This document shows, piece by piece, positions 47,168 through 55,618 of a DNA stretch of 64,000 nucleotides. Under the pieces are notes generated by a model. It did no database searches. It was not told the DNA's origin and saw only the letters and a list, made by a program, of their open reading frames with translations. Made by a program: the position numbers and the translations under genes. The DNA is from a virus. The DNA lies in the IMG/VR virus record IMGVR_UViG_3300044712_000083, positions 50,192 to 114,191 of that record. The stretch is one strand, 5' to 3'. The first letter of the stretch is position 1; every line of letters starts with the position of its first letter.

Positions 47168-47218
47168 CAATTGTAACCAAATTAATTATATAGGTTAATC
47201 AAATTGGTTATAAAAATG

Positions 47219-47277
47219 AAAACCCCAGACACAAAAGCATCTGGGGAAACCCTGTAAACCAACAACCAGGGTTTTTT
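47219..47277 (-). terminator. Tandem hairpins / rho-independent terminator
   Basis: On the + strand, CCCCAGA...TCTGGGG is preceded by an A-run (a U-tail on the minus strand), and AAACCCTG...CAGGGTTT follows. Confidence 0.65.
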
Positions 47278-47282
47278 ATATC

Positions 47283-47897
47283 TTAAGCACAGGTTCCTCC
47301 ACCTAGGTTAACACCGTTGTTAGAAATCTGAACGTATCTACCAATAGCAGTATAGTTGTAGAACAATCCATCACCATTGAACGGTGCATTGCTATTCTGA
47401 GATACATAGAATATTGTATTAGCTCCAAAGTTAGGATTATCTGCCCATAGTGTAATTGTTGGAACTGCAGAAGCACATGCACCAGCAGCATCATCATATC
47501 CAGCTGTTACTTCAAATAAATAAATATGAGGAACAATTGTAGTAGTTGATGTTGTAGTACTACTAGTTGAACTTGTTGATGTAGTTGATGTACTTGTAGA
47601 AGTAGATGTTGAACTAGTGGTAGTAGTTGTAGAAGGCCCTACGTATTGAGTTGTAGTAGTTGTTGTAGTGCTAGGTTGTCCAGCAATAAATAAATCTACA
47701 GAAGTTGTACAAGTTCCTGTAGACTGTACACGAATAGTAGAAGCTCCATCGGGAACAGTTGTTACCATTAATCCACTAACTAAAGAAGCTTTAGATACAC
47801 CTGTTTGAAAAGGTGTAACAAAACCATCAAGATTTGAATATAGATTAAATGGTCCTGTGTTAGTACCTGCAATTGTTAATGTTACTAAAACATTCAT
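47283..47897 (-). CDS. Small virion decoration-like protein: GPF domain, Thr/Ser linker, Cys-flanked C-terminal domain
   Basis: AGTNTGPFNLYSN...STGTC, then a ~45-aa T/S tract and a C-terminal domain resembling the last ~75 aa of 36986..43720. Confidence 0.6.
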   Translation of the reverse strand: MNVLVTLTIAGTNTGPFNLYSNLDGFVTPFQTGVSKASLVSGLMVTTVPDGASTIRVQSTGTCTTSVDLFIAGQPSTTTTTTTQYVGPSTTTTTSSTSTSTSTSTTSTSSTSSTTTSTTTIVPHIYLFEVTAGYDDAAGACASAVPTITLWADNPNFGANTIFYVSQNSNAPFNGDGLFYNYTAIGRYVQISNNGVNLGGGTCA

Positions 47898-47922
47898 ATT
47901 AAATTATTTTTAATTGGTTTAA

Positions 47923-48561
47923 CTAGTTTGCACAAAGTGTAATAGTATGATCTGTATATATTGAACAATTAGGTTGAGCAATATAATTGTAAACTCTAAC
48001 TGTATACACTGTACCACAAGGTTTATCAGTAATAACAACTGTAGTATTTCCTGCATCTGGATCAATGAATCCCATAGGAGTTGCACAATTATTAGATCCT
48101 GTATAAGTAGATCCTACTGAATAATTATATCTTGTACCATTAGTTACATTGTATATATAAATTGTTGCCTTTGCTGGTGGAGGAAGTTCAACACTAGATA
48201 AACTAAATGTAGGATAAGGAACATAAACTGTTGTACTAGTAGATGTTGTTGAAGTTGTAGAGCTAGTACTTGTTGTAGTAGAAGTACTAGCAGGGGGAAC
48301 AGCAGTCGTTGTAGTACTTGTTGTAGGAACACCTACATAACCCTCACTCATTCCAACAATAACAGAATTACCACAAAGTCCTAAAGATGTAGCTTTAATT
48401 AATGTAGTTCCTGTAGGAACTGTAGCTAGTGTATATCCAGCAGTTAATGTAGCTTTTGGTATATTTACTGCAATAGGAGTTGTATATCCATCTACATTAG
48501 AATATAAATTAAATGGTCCAGCATCTACCCCAGAAGTAAGTAATTTTACTACTACACTCAT
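47923..48561 (-). CDS. Paralogous small decoration-like protein: GPF domain, Thr/Ser linker, different C-terminal domain
   Basis: SGVDAGPFNLYSN...SLGLC, then a T/S tract and a C-terminal domain with four Cys. Confidence 0.6.
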   Translation of the reverse strand: MSVVVKLLTSGVDAGPFNLYSNVDGYTTPIAVNIPKATLTAGYTLATVPTGTTLIKATSLGLCGNSVIVGMSEGYVGVPTTSTTTTAVPPASTSTTTSTSSTTSTTSTSTTVYVPYPTFSLSSVELPPPAKATIYIYNVTNGTRYNYSVGSTYTGSNNCATPMGFIDPDAGNTTVVITDKPCGTVYTVRVYNYIAQPNCSIYTDHTITLCAN

Positions 48562-48830
48562 TATTTATTAATTAAGATTTTAACTTTACTAGCAATCATT
48601 TCCACTGTATATGGTGCACAATAATCTGCATTACAAAACTTCCACTCTAAGATTTGTTTATACTGTAATAAATCAAATACCACTTGACCATTGATATAAT
48701 AGTTCAAGTCATACACAATGTTATTATACTCATCATTAGCAAGTGCAGCAATCTTCTTGTTAATGTCATTAATTAATACAGGAATGGTGGCACAATCAAT
48801 ACATGAATTGAGCCTAGGTAATAACATCAT
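48561..48830 (-). CDS. Small helical structural protein (collar/hub candidate)
   Basis: CxxC and CxxxxC motifs. Coupled to the downstream gene by TAATG. Confidence 0.5.
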   Translation of the reverse strand: MMLLPRLNSCIDCATIPVLINDINKKIAALANDEYNNIVYDLNYYINGQVVFDLLQYKQILEWKFCNADYCAPYTVEMIASKVKILINK

Positions 48831-48831
48831 A

Positions 48832-48984
48832 TTATTGAGGATTTAATCGTTTAGCTTCTTCTATCGCTTGTTGTGCAGCTATAGCTTCTTGTTGAGCTAC
48901 AACACTGACACAAGATGCACACATTCCGTTGGTAAGTTGGCATCCACAGCCAACTGAAACACCACATCTTTTACAATTTGCCAT
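48832..48984 (-). CDS. 50-aa Cys-rich protein missing from the ORF track
   Basis: MANCKRCGVSVGCGCQLTNGMCASCVSVVAQQEAIAAQQAIEEAKRLNPQ*. It fills the gap exactly, with 1-nt spacers to both neighbours. Confidence 0.75.
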   Translation of the reverse strand: MANCKRCGVSVGCGCQLTNGMCASCVSVVAQQEAIAAQQAIEEAKRLNPQ

Positions 48985-48985
48985 A

Positions 48986-49561
48986 CTATGTAAAGTTTAC
49001 TATGTAGTTATTACCTGAACAACCACAATTGTTTTTAATAAAGTTATCTAACATCATATTAGCTTGCTGATATAATTTAGCAGCTTGCGTAGTAGCTGAA
49101 TTATTTGCAGCAGCAATTGATCCTTGAATTAAGAAATAGATACTACTCAATGTAACTTTTTGTTGTGTCTTGATAGCCATATCACATTCCATCATATCCA
49201 ACTTCATAAATGCACTATCAAACTTCTCCTGAATCTTATCTGTACGCATTATACTTTTACTTACAGGAGTTGCAGTAGGAGTAGCAATATAATAAGTTAA
49301 TCCATATATTCCATCAGGTAATGAAATCAAATCAGCACCCACAGCTGATAGCTGTAATGTAGCAGAGTTAAATACATTATAATCATTTGGAGTAAAAGGA
49401 ACAGTTACAGTAGTTGCTCCACTAAGAGTTTTAGTTCCTGTAGGTAATGTAACTACCATATTAGCACCCGTAGGACCACTGTCATATGTAGAAGTATCAG
49501 CAACACCTAATGTCAAAGTGCTGTAAGTATTAATTACTAGGAAATTTAAAGTTGTTGCCAT
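48986..49561 (-). CDS. Structural protein (tail hub/collar candidate)
   Basis: DTSTY...LPDGIYGLTY beta domain plus a helical C-terminus. Start moved to ATG 49561 because the longer ORF start lies inside a terminator hairpin. Confidence 0.55.
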   Translation of the reverse strand: MATTLNFLVINTYSTLTLGVADTSTYDSGPTGANMVVTLPTGTKTLSGATTVTVPFTPNDYNVFNSATLQLSAVGADLISLPDGIYGLTYYIATPTATPVSKSIMRTDKIQEKFDSAFMKLDMMECDMAIKTQQKVTLSSIYFLIQGSIAAANNSATTQAAKLYQQANMMLDNFIKNNCGCSGNNYIVNFT

Positions 49562-49565
49562 GTTA

Positions 49566-49612
49566 TAAAAAATAATGCCAGAGGATAGAGATATCCTCTT
49601 ACCCTCTGGCAT
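49566..49612 (-). terminator. Rho-independent terminator after the auxiliary capsid gene
   Basis: ATGCCAGAGG...CCTCTGGCAT stem followed by TA and a T-run on the minus strand. Confidence 0.75.
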
Positions 49613-49633
49613 AGGTTAAACTATTTGTTCTTA

Positions 49634-50743
49634 TTAAGGAACTAATGGATTTGGAGTAGGAGTACCAGCAGTCTCATCTGTAGCAGCACCTAAAGCAGCA
49701 GCTAATACAGTTTCGATAGCAGTAGCAACACCACCAGTTGGAGCAGCAATGATGACCATTGCATCTTGGTGAATATAATCACCCCACTGATAAGTAGATT
49801 GATCCAACGAGTTAAACTTGATGTAATATGTATCGTAAGTTGTACCTGCAGATACCCAAGACTCAAAGTTCTCGTTGTATCCAGCCATACGATATAAATG
49901 CTTCAAGTAACCAGCTTGGTAGCTATAGTAGTTCTTCTCCAATTGAGCAATCTCTGCAGATGTTCCAGTTGGGTAAGTAGCATGCTGAGTGATTGTAGAT
50001 TCAGCAATAATGTTGCAAGAATCAGCTACAATAAAGTCAGCAGTAGTAGCTGGACCAGCGTAAGCAAATGTACGGAAGTACATACGATCATACTCGTAAG
50101 GGAATGCAGCAACATCACATGGTTGTCCGTAAACTGTCAATGGTTTACCTTCGATAACTAATACTGAGTTTTGACCAGAACCAGAACGAGAGAATGTGAA
50201 GAATGTGTTGAACGAGATGTTGTCAGGGTTGTTACCTGGAGCCTCTTGCTCAAACTTAGCAATTAACTCATCTACTAATACTTGGTAATCAACTTCTGCA
50301 CATGGATCTCCACCACAAGCTAAACAAGCACCTTTAACAGTTACTGAGCGAGTAAAACCATTGAAATACAATGTATCAATGTAAGAAGAATGAGCACGTA
50401 ATGTAATAGTTACATCAGTACCAGGAGTAACATTCCAAGCTCCAACTTCAGTGATCTGAGTTGTAGCAGTAGAGTTACCAGTTACTTTGTACCACTCAGT
50501 TACGTTAGATCCTGTAGCAGAAATCTTGTCAGAACGCTTAGATCCTTGTAAGTAAGTGTTTGTACGACCTTGAGCAACATAGAAGTATTTATTGTTCGTT
50601 TGGATGTTACCAGCGTTAGCCACTGTGTAATCAGCCTTGAAAATACCTACTTGACCTGCAGCCAAATCTTGTGTAGAACCTGCGCTAGGTAATGTATTAC
50701 CTACAGGAACTACAAACAGGGTGGTTAATGAAAAATCAGCCAT
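49634..50743 (-). CDS. Auxiliary capsid / major structural protein
   Basis: Beta-rich protein three genes downstream of the MCP gene and followed by a terminator. Assigned mainly by crAss-like synteny. Confidence 0.55.
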   Translation of the reverse strand: MADFSLTTLFVVPVGNTLPSAGSTQDLAAGQVGIFKADYTVANAGNIQTNNKYFYVAQGRTNTYLQGSKRSDKISATGSNVTEWYKVTGNSTATTQITEVGAWNVTPGTDVTITLRAHSSYIDTLYFNGFTRSVTVKGACLACGGDPCAEVDYQVLVDELIAKFEQEAPGNNPDNISFNTFFTFSRSGSGQNSVLVIEGKPLTVYGQPCDVAAFPYEYDRMYFRTFAYAGPATTADFIVADSCNIIAESTITQHATYPTGTSAEIAQLEKNYYSYQAGYLKHLYRMAGYNENFESWVSAGTTYDTYYIKFNSLDQSTYQWGDYIHQDAMVIIAAPTGGVATAIETVLAAALGAATDETAGTPTPNPLVP

Positions 50744-50773
50744 TTGTATTTATTGTTTATTGTTAAAAAAAAT

Positions 50774-51508
50774 TTACTCGTTTGTCTTAATTCTGTATGC
50801 TGCCATCTGAACTGCAGATTGGTTCTCAACATACATAGCTAGGTTTTCTACTGTTAGATCTAAAAGCTCATCTTCAAGATAAGTTTCTAGTTCACAATTT
50901 ACAGTGGTAGATGGCTTACCATCAAATTTTACATATCCAGCTTTATCTATATAATCTGGATATCTCATGTAAGATATGTAGATATTTTTTGGTGTAAATG
51001 TTCCATCTGTAAAGATGGAGATTTCATCTGATGATAAGAAGTTAAATGTCTCCTGATATTCAAATGATGGTTTGTAATGATCATTGTTTAACAATAAAGA
51101 TAAATCTCCGTGTTTAGCAAGATCTTTATTAATCCAAATTTTTCTGTCTTTACAAATAGTTCCTTTGTCTGCAATTATATAACTATCTACGTAGAACATA
51201 TATTTTGGATTAAGGGCGTGTATATTAGCAGACCATTGATTTAACTGCGCATTCTTTAAAGTTAATGGTAGCATACCTTGATTGTATGCCACCACTAAAC
51301 TTTGTAAATCCTCATAGCGTTTTTTAAACGCATCAAGCCCTAGCCCTGAAGTTGTGCTTACACCATCAACCTTTTGCTTTATTAACTTGATCTGAGCCTC
51401 ATTGAGAGCTAAGATCTTATCTTCTAATGGGATTTGTTGGTGGGCATTAGTAGATAGCTTATTTAGTCTCTGATCAATTTTATACAATAAACTATCTACT
51501 GAAATCAT
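50774..51508 (-). CDS. Head-tail adaptor ring protein
   Basis: LNEAQ...KKRYEDLQSLV...PSFEY...YMRYP...CEL...ELLDLTV. Confidence 0.65.
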   Translation of the reverse strand: MISVDSLLYKIDQRLNKLSTNAHQQIPLEDKILALNEAQIKLIKQKVDGVSTTSGLGLDAFKKRYEDLQSLVVAYNQGMLPLTLKNAQLNQWSANIHALNPKYMFYVDSYIIADKGTICKDRKIWINKDLAKHGDLSLLLNNDHYKPSFEYQETFNFLSSDEISIFTDGTFTPKNIYISYMRYPDYIDKAGYVKFDGKPSTTVNCELETYLEDELLDLTVENLAMYVENQSAVQMAAYRIKTNE

Positions 51509-52473
51509 ACTGAAGCTAATTTTTTACCTTTTAATTTCTGTTCTAATGTGATAAGTTCATCTTGATTATCGTCATTAGCTAAGAACTTAACTAATTCTTC
51601 TTCATCAATTGCAACTTCTAACTCACCCATGTAAATACGTCCGTTTGCTTTCATACGGTAGATAGAGTGAGCTAATGCTTGTTTTACCAAGTCTTTGATA
51701 TGAAGTAAGTTTTCTTTCATATCTGCGAAACGGTTAAATACTTCAACAGGATTTAATCCAGAGTATTTACCATCTTTGAATTCAGTTTGTTTCAACAAGT
51801 TATCAACTAAGTTGTAAACAACTTCTTCTTTAGTATCATCAACTACAGGTAAGCCTAGTAAACGAGCAACTTTCTTCTTCTTATCAGGAGTCATTGCATC
51901 AAACTTGATGATTGCTTTGTTGATCAATTGTTTCTTCTTGTAAACAACAGCATTCTCAATCTCATCATCTACAACATAGAACTGTGTATCTGCAGGGAAT
52001 TCACCACGCTCCCAAGCTTGGTAGCTAGAAGCAATTGTTGGATGAACTCGTAACCAAGAGAAAGCTAGTTCTTGTAGAGTGTTATTAAAATCGAAATAGT
52101 TATCACCATCTAACAACTTAACTGGTTGTACGTGCAATTCATCATTTGTAGAAGTTGATAAACTGTAGTTCCAGAACTTAGAACGAGGACCTAAATCCAC
52201 ATCTCCTAGAGCATCTTCTAGTTTCTTACGTAAGTTTGTTACGCGTTCGATTTCCATTTCACGTTCTGTAGGATCTTGGATTCTACGAATGTAAGCAGCA
52301 TTAGGATCTAATCCTGTGCGATACTGTCCATCCATTTCTTTGTAAGGATATTTGAATACCCCTGTTCCAGGAACACGTGTCAAACCTTTTTGTGCAAGTC
52401 CACCTTGCATAGTTTGCAATTGCGAGTTGTTGTAATCTTTCTTAATAGTAGAGATTTTTCCTATCTTACCCAT
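51505..52473 (-). CDS. Conserved crAss-like protein following the MCP gene
   Basis: YRTGL...FW...HPTIA...FYVVD...KKKKVARLLG. Overlaps the next gene by ATGA. Confidence 0.6.
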   Translation of the reverse strand: MGKIGKISTIKKDYNNSQLQTMQGGLAQKGLTRVPGTGVFKYPYKEMDGQYRTGLDPNAAYIRRIQDPTEREMEIERVTNLRKKLEDALGDVDLGPRSKFWNYSLSTSTNDELHVQPVKLLDGDNYFDFNNTLQELAFSWLRVHPTIASSYQAWERGEFPADTQFYVVDDEIENAVVYKKKQLINKAIIKFDAMTPDKKKKVARLLGLPVVDDTKEEVVYNLVDNLLKQTEFKDGKYSGLNPVEVFNRFADMKENLLHIKDLVKQALAHSIYRMKANGRIYMGELEVAIDEEELVKFLANDDNQDELITLEQKLKGKKLASV

Positions 52474-52504
52474 ATGTAGTTTATTTTAATTATTTGGTTT
52501 TTAG

Positions 52505-52650
52505 CAGAGTGCTGACCATCGAAGGAACAGCGACCAGGGACACCCCAATCCAAGCACTCTGTATTCAAGAAGAAGCCTCCCCTAAGAGGGAGGGAGGAAC
52601 GAGGAGGCTCTTCTTGCGCTTTCGATTGAAAGCAATGGGCTGTTGCCCTA
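52505..52650 (-). ncRNA. GC-rich structured RNA region downstream of MCP (three hairpins plus a tRNA-like element)
   Basis: GGGC-aaca-GCCC, GCTTTC-aatc-GAAAGC, CAAGAAGAGCCTCC...GGAGGCTTCTTCTTG, and CAGAGTG...CACTCTG enclosing D-like and T-like arms. Confidence 0.5.
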
Positions 52651-52654
52651 TGAA

Positions 52655-54208
52655 TTAGAATTGTGGGATTTCCTCAATCAAGACTGTGCGAGACAAGTCT
52701 TCAATGAATACATCGCAACGATCCTTCATCCAGATTTCGTATCCTGGGAATTTGTTCGCAGAACTCATACCTTGAGACTTAGCAAAACCTAAGTGGTGAC
52801 GAGTACCATCGATATAACCCCAAGTCATAGAAGGAGCACCCTTCATACGTACCTCACGGATGTTATTTACCATAGATCCATCAGACATTGGAGAAACGTC
52901 AAACACCATAAATACTGGAGTAGACTTCTTGTTTTGTCCAAATTCTAAGTTAGATTGTGGTAAATCTAATTCTTTCAAGTGGATAAGTTCAACACGACCA
53001 GTCTCACGAGTTACCATTGCATCGAATGCAAAGTTGTAAGTGATGTGTTGTCCTTCTCCTTGCATGTAACGATTACCTGAATCAGCCATGAAAGTCAAAC
53101 CTGAATTCAAAGCATCGTTCTTAAGTGCTTGCTGGAATACGTCAAATCCTGCCTCGTTAGTATACATTTTAACACGGCGATCTTTAACATCCACACGGCG
53201 ATAGAATAAGTCACCAAATACTGAACGAATCAAGTTAGCAGTGAACTCTCCACGGTTGTATTGAACCAAGTTACCATTGTTACGCATACGGTGGTAAACA
53301 CCAGCAGAAGTACGCTTCAAGTTTTGCTGAGAACCACCAGTCTTAACAGTGCCTGGCTTAGACCAGATCATACGCTTAACTTTCAATTCCAACATAGACT
53401 TACGCATCCAGAACTCGATAAACGGCTCCCACTTAACATCATTACGAGTTAATGGTAATTGGTTGCGGCGTTGTGGAGCATATACTAAGATATCTAATGG
53501 CTTACCAGAAGCATCACGCATCATCTTATCATCAGCCCACTCAGTGATCTTGTGCTCATAACCATATGCAGAACCTAATGATTCGAACATAGTGATTTGC
53601 TCACCCAAACGAGGAAGACCTAATAAATCTTGGTCAAACTCACCAATAGCTGCATCAACTAATTCTAATTCAATACCGTTTTGTAAGAATGTAGAAGAAA
53701 CGAAATCAACTGTTGGGTTATCAGAAACCAAAGTGAATGTGTACAAATATCCCATGTTGTAAGGAACTGGATCTTTGATCACATAGAAACGAGGACCATA
53801 TTGACGAGTACCTACAGATACGATTGCGTTCTTAGAGAATTCGTTAGTGTCGATAACTAAAGAGAACTCTTGACCATCGATACCTGGCTTCTCTAAATTA
53901 AGAGTTGTAGCAGGGATGTCAATAATTTTAGGGAACTTGTAAGGAACTGCGATTTGCCACTTCCAAGCATCACTGTTATTGTCGATATAGTAAGGAGTTG
54001 ACTTGTTGATCATATCCAAGAAGTCATTACTATACAATGAGCTTTGTGTATACAGAGAGATAATCTTCTTATCGTAATCTGCAGGCTCAGTTGAGTGGAA
54101 GCTTTCCAAGTGGTTTGCGTCTGTCAACTTACCAACCGCACGTTTGTCCATAGACGCAACGCGGGCATAAGTAAAGCCAGTTAAACCTGGAATTGTTTGA
54201 ATTGCCAT
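52655..54208 (-). CDS. Major capsid protein (crAss-like, HK97 fold)
   Basis: 517 aa in a portal-scaffold-MCP arrangement, with WKWQI, SAGVYHRM, KMYTNEAGF and GRVELIH motifs and biased codon usage. Confidence 0.8.
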   Translation of the reverse strand: MAIQTIPGLTGFTYARVASMDKRAVGKLTDANHLESFHSTEPADYDKKIISLYTQSSLYSNDFLDMINKSTPYYIDNNSDAWKWQIAVPYKFPKIIDIPATTLNLEKPGIDGQEFSLVIDTNEFSKNAIVSVGTRQYGPRFYVIKDPVPYNMGYLYTFTLVSDNPTVDFVSSTFLQNGIELELVDAAIGEFDQDLLGLPRLGEQITMFESLGSAYGYEHKITEWADDKMMRDASGKPLDILVYAPQRRNQLPLTRNDVKWEPFIEFWMRKSMLELKVKRMIWSKPGTVKTGGSQQNLKRTSAGVYHRMRNNGNLVQYNRGEFTANLIRSVFGDLFYRRVDVKDRRVKMYTNEAGFDVFQQALKNDALNSGLTFMADSGNRYMQGEGQHITYNFAFDAMVTRETGRVELIHLKELDLPQSNLEFGQNKKSTPVFMVFDVSPMSDGSMVNNIREVRMKGAPSMTWGYIDGTRHHLGFAKSQGMSSANKFPGYEIWMKDRCDVFIEDLSRTVLIEEIPQF

Positions 54209-54245
54209 TTGTTTTTTTGTTTAATTAATTAAAAAATATTACTTG

Positions 54246-55478
54246 TTATTGAAACCAAGAGGTTGGTGTTGATGACTTGGATTTCACTGAGCTTTTAGAT
54301 GCTTGACGAGCAACCTCACCAAATAGCTCATTTGACTTCTTAGAAATGCCTGTTTTTTGAATTGTAGATAGGGTAGGATCTTTTTCTAAAACTTTTAGTA
54401 AAAGAGCAACCTTCACTTTCTGTTCATGATTCTCAGGACGCTTAAGATCAAGAATGGCACGATCAAAGTCTGTTAATGTTTCTCCAGACGCAGTCTTCCA
54501 TTTCTCAGCCAAAAGGAAATCTTGTAGTTCACCAGCTAATTTTGGGTTAAGAGGAATGCCATCAAATTCTTTTGATTTTAATTTCTCTTGTAGAATTGCA
54601 GTTACGTTTTGCTGATATTGATGTTTGTAAGCAGCTTGACGTTGTAACTCTGCAGCTCTTTGTTGTTCTAATTGTTGTAGCTTCGCAGCTTCTTTCTTTA
54701 CTAGAACTTTATGGTGCTTAGTAGCTACTGTTTCTAAGTCACCATAGTTTTGAAGTCTTTCAACTTCTGTTGTTATATCTTCAGGATCAAAACCTTGATC
54801 TGCTAAAGCTTGTTTAATTACTGCTATCTGATTCGATTCTTGAGATAAGTCCATCTCAGAGAATGATTGAATAGTATTATATGTGCCGAAATATTCTTTA
54901 GGATCAACCCCTTTAACAAAGATAGCATCAAATGCATTTTGGTAATCTTCACCAAACTGTCCAATGAAGTTTTGTACCACTTCAATTGCACCTTTCTTTT
55001 TCTCAGCCTCAAAGCGTTCTAAGAACTCTTCTGCTGAACTAATTGGTGCTTCTTCATCTTCTTCATCAGTAGTGAATACACCAAGTTTAAAAAGATCACG
55101 AGATAGAGCAGTGAACTGATTTGTTGAATCATCTTCTTCTTCTGATTCATCAGCAGGAGCAGCTTCAGCTTTAGGAGCTTTAGTTGCAGGAGCTTCTTCC
55201 TCTTCTTCTTCATCATCACCTCCTAATAAAAAGTCTGTGATTGATTTAGAAGTATCTTCTTCTTCTTTTTCTTCTTCTTTGGGAGCAGCAGCTTGTGCTT
55301 TTGCTTTTGGAGCAGGAGCTGGTTCTGGTTCATCAATCCCTTTGATTTCATTAGGATCTGCTGAAGCAGTATCAGGACTCATCAAGTCATTTAATAACTC
55401 TGCGTTTCCTAAGCCCATTTCCATAGTATTTTCAATACTGAAGTTCCCAAATGATGGGGTTTCTAAATTCTCAGCCAT
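54246..55478 (-). CDS. Acidic scaffold-like protein
   Basis: Very acidic, low-complexity N-terminal half and coiled-coil C-terminal half, between the portal and MCP genes. Confidence 0.6.
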   Translation of the reverse strand: MAENLETPSFGNFSIENTMEMGLGNAELLNDLMSPDTASADPNEIKGIDEPEPAPAPKAKAQAAAPKEEEKEEEDTSKSITDFLLGGDDEEEEEEAPATKAPKAEAAPADESEEEDDSTNQFTALSRDLFKLGVFTTDEEDEEAPISSAEEFLERFEAEKKKGAIEVVQNFIGQFGEDYQNAFDAIFVKGVDPKEYFGTYNTIQSFSEMDLSQESNQIAVIKQALADQGFDPEDITTEVERLQNYGDLETVATKHHKVLVKKEAAKLQQLEQQRAAELQRQAAYKHQYQQNVTAILQEKLKSKEFDGIPLNPKLAGELQDFLLAEKWKTASGETLTDFDRAILDLKRPENHEQKVKVALLLKVLEKDPTLSTIQKTGISKKSNELFGEVARQASKSSVKSKSSTPTSWFQ

Positions 55479-55510
55479 ACGTAGTTTGTTTTTGAATTGG
55501 TTTTTCGTTA

Positions 55511-55541
55511 TAAAAGTATGTTATGTTAATTTAATAACAAA
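55511..55541 (-). promoter_or_regulatory. Variant Bacteroidota-type promoter for scaffold/MCP
   Basis: TTTG-N19-TACTTTTA. Confidence 0.5.
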
Positions 55542-55618
55542 GTGTAAATGCGCTATAGAGCTGAATATTCTGCATAATATAGCATTAATAAAAATTACTC
55601 TAACTAAAATAGTTAGAA

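Noticed and set aside
49562-49612. N-terminal extension MPEGKRISLSSGIIFYN of ORF 48986..49612
   Set aside because: It coincides with the terminator hairpin and U-tract, so the true start is more likely 49561.
52505-52561. Canonical tRNA gene
   Set aside because: Only 57 nt, with no anticodon arm and an imperfect T stem. Kept only as a tRNA-like candidate.
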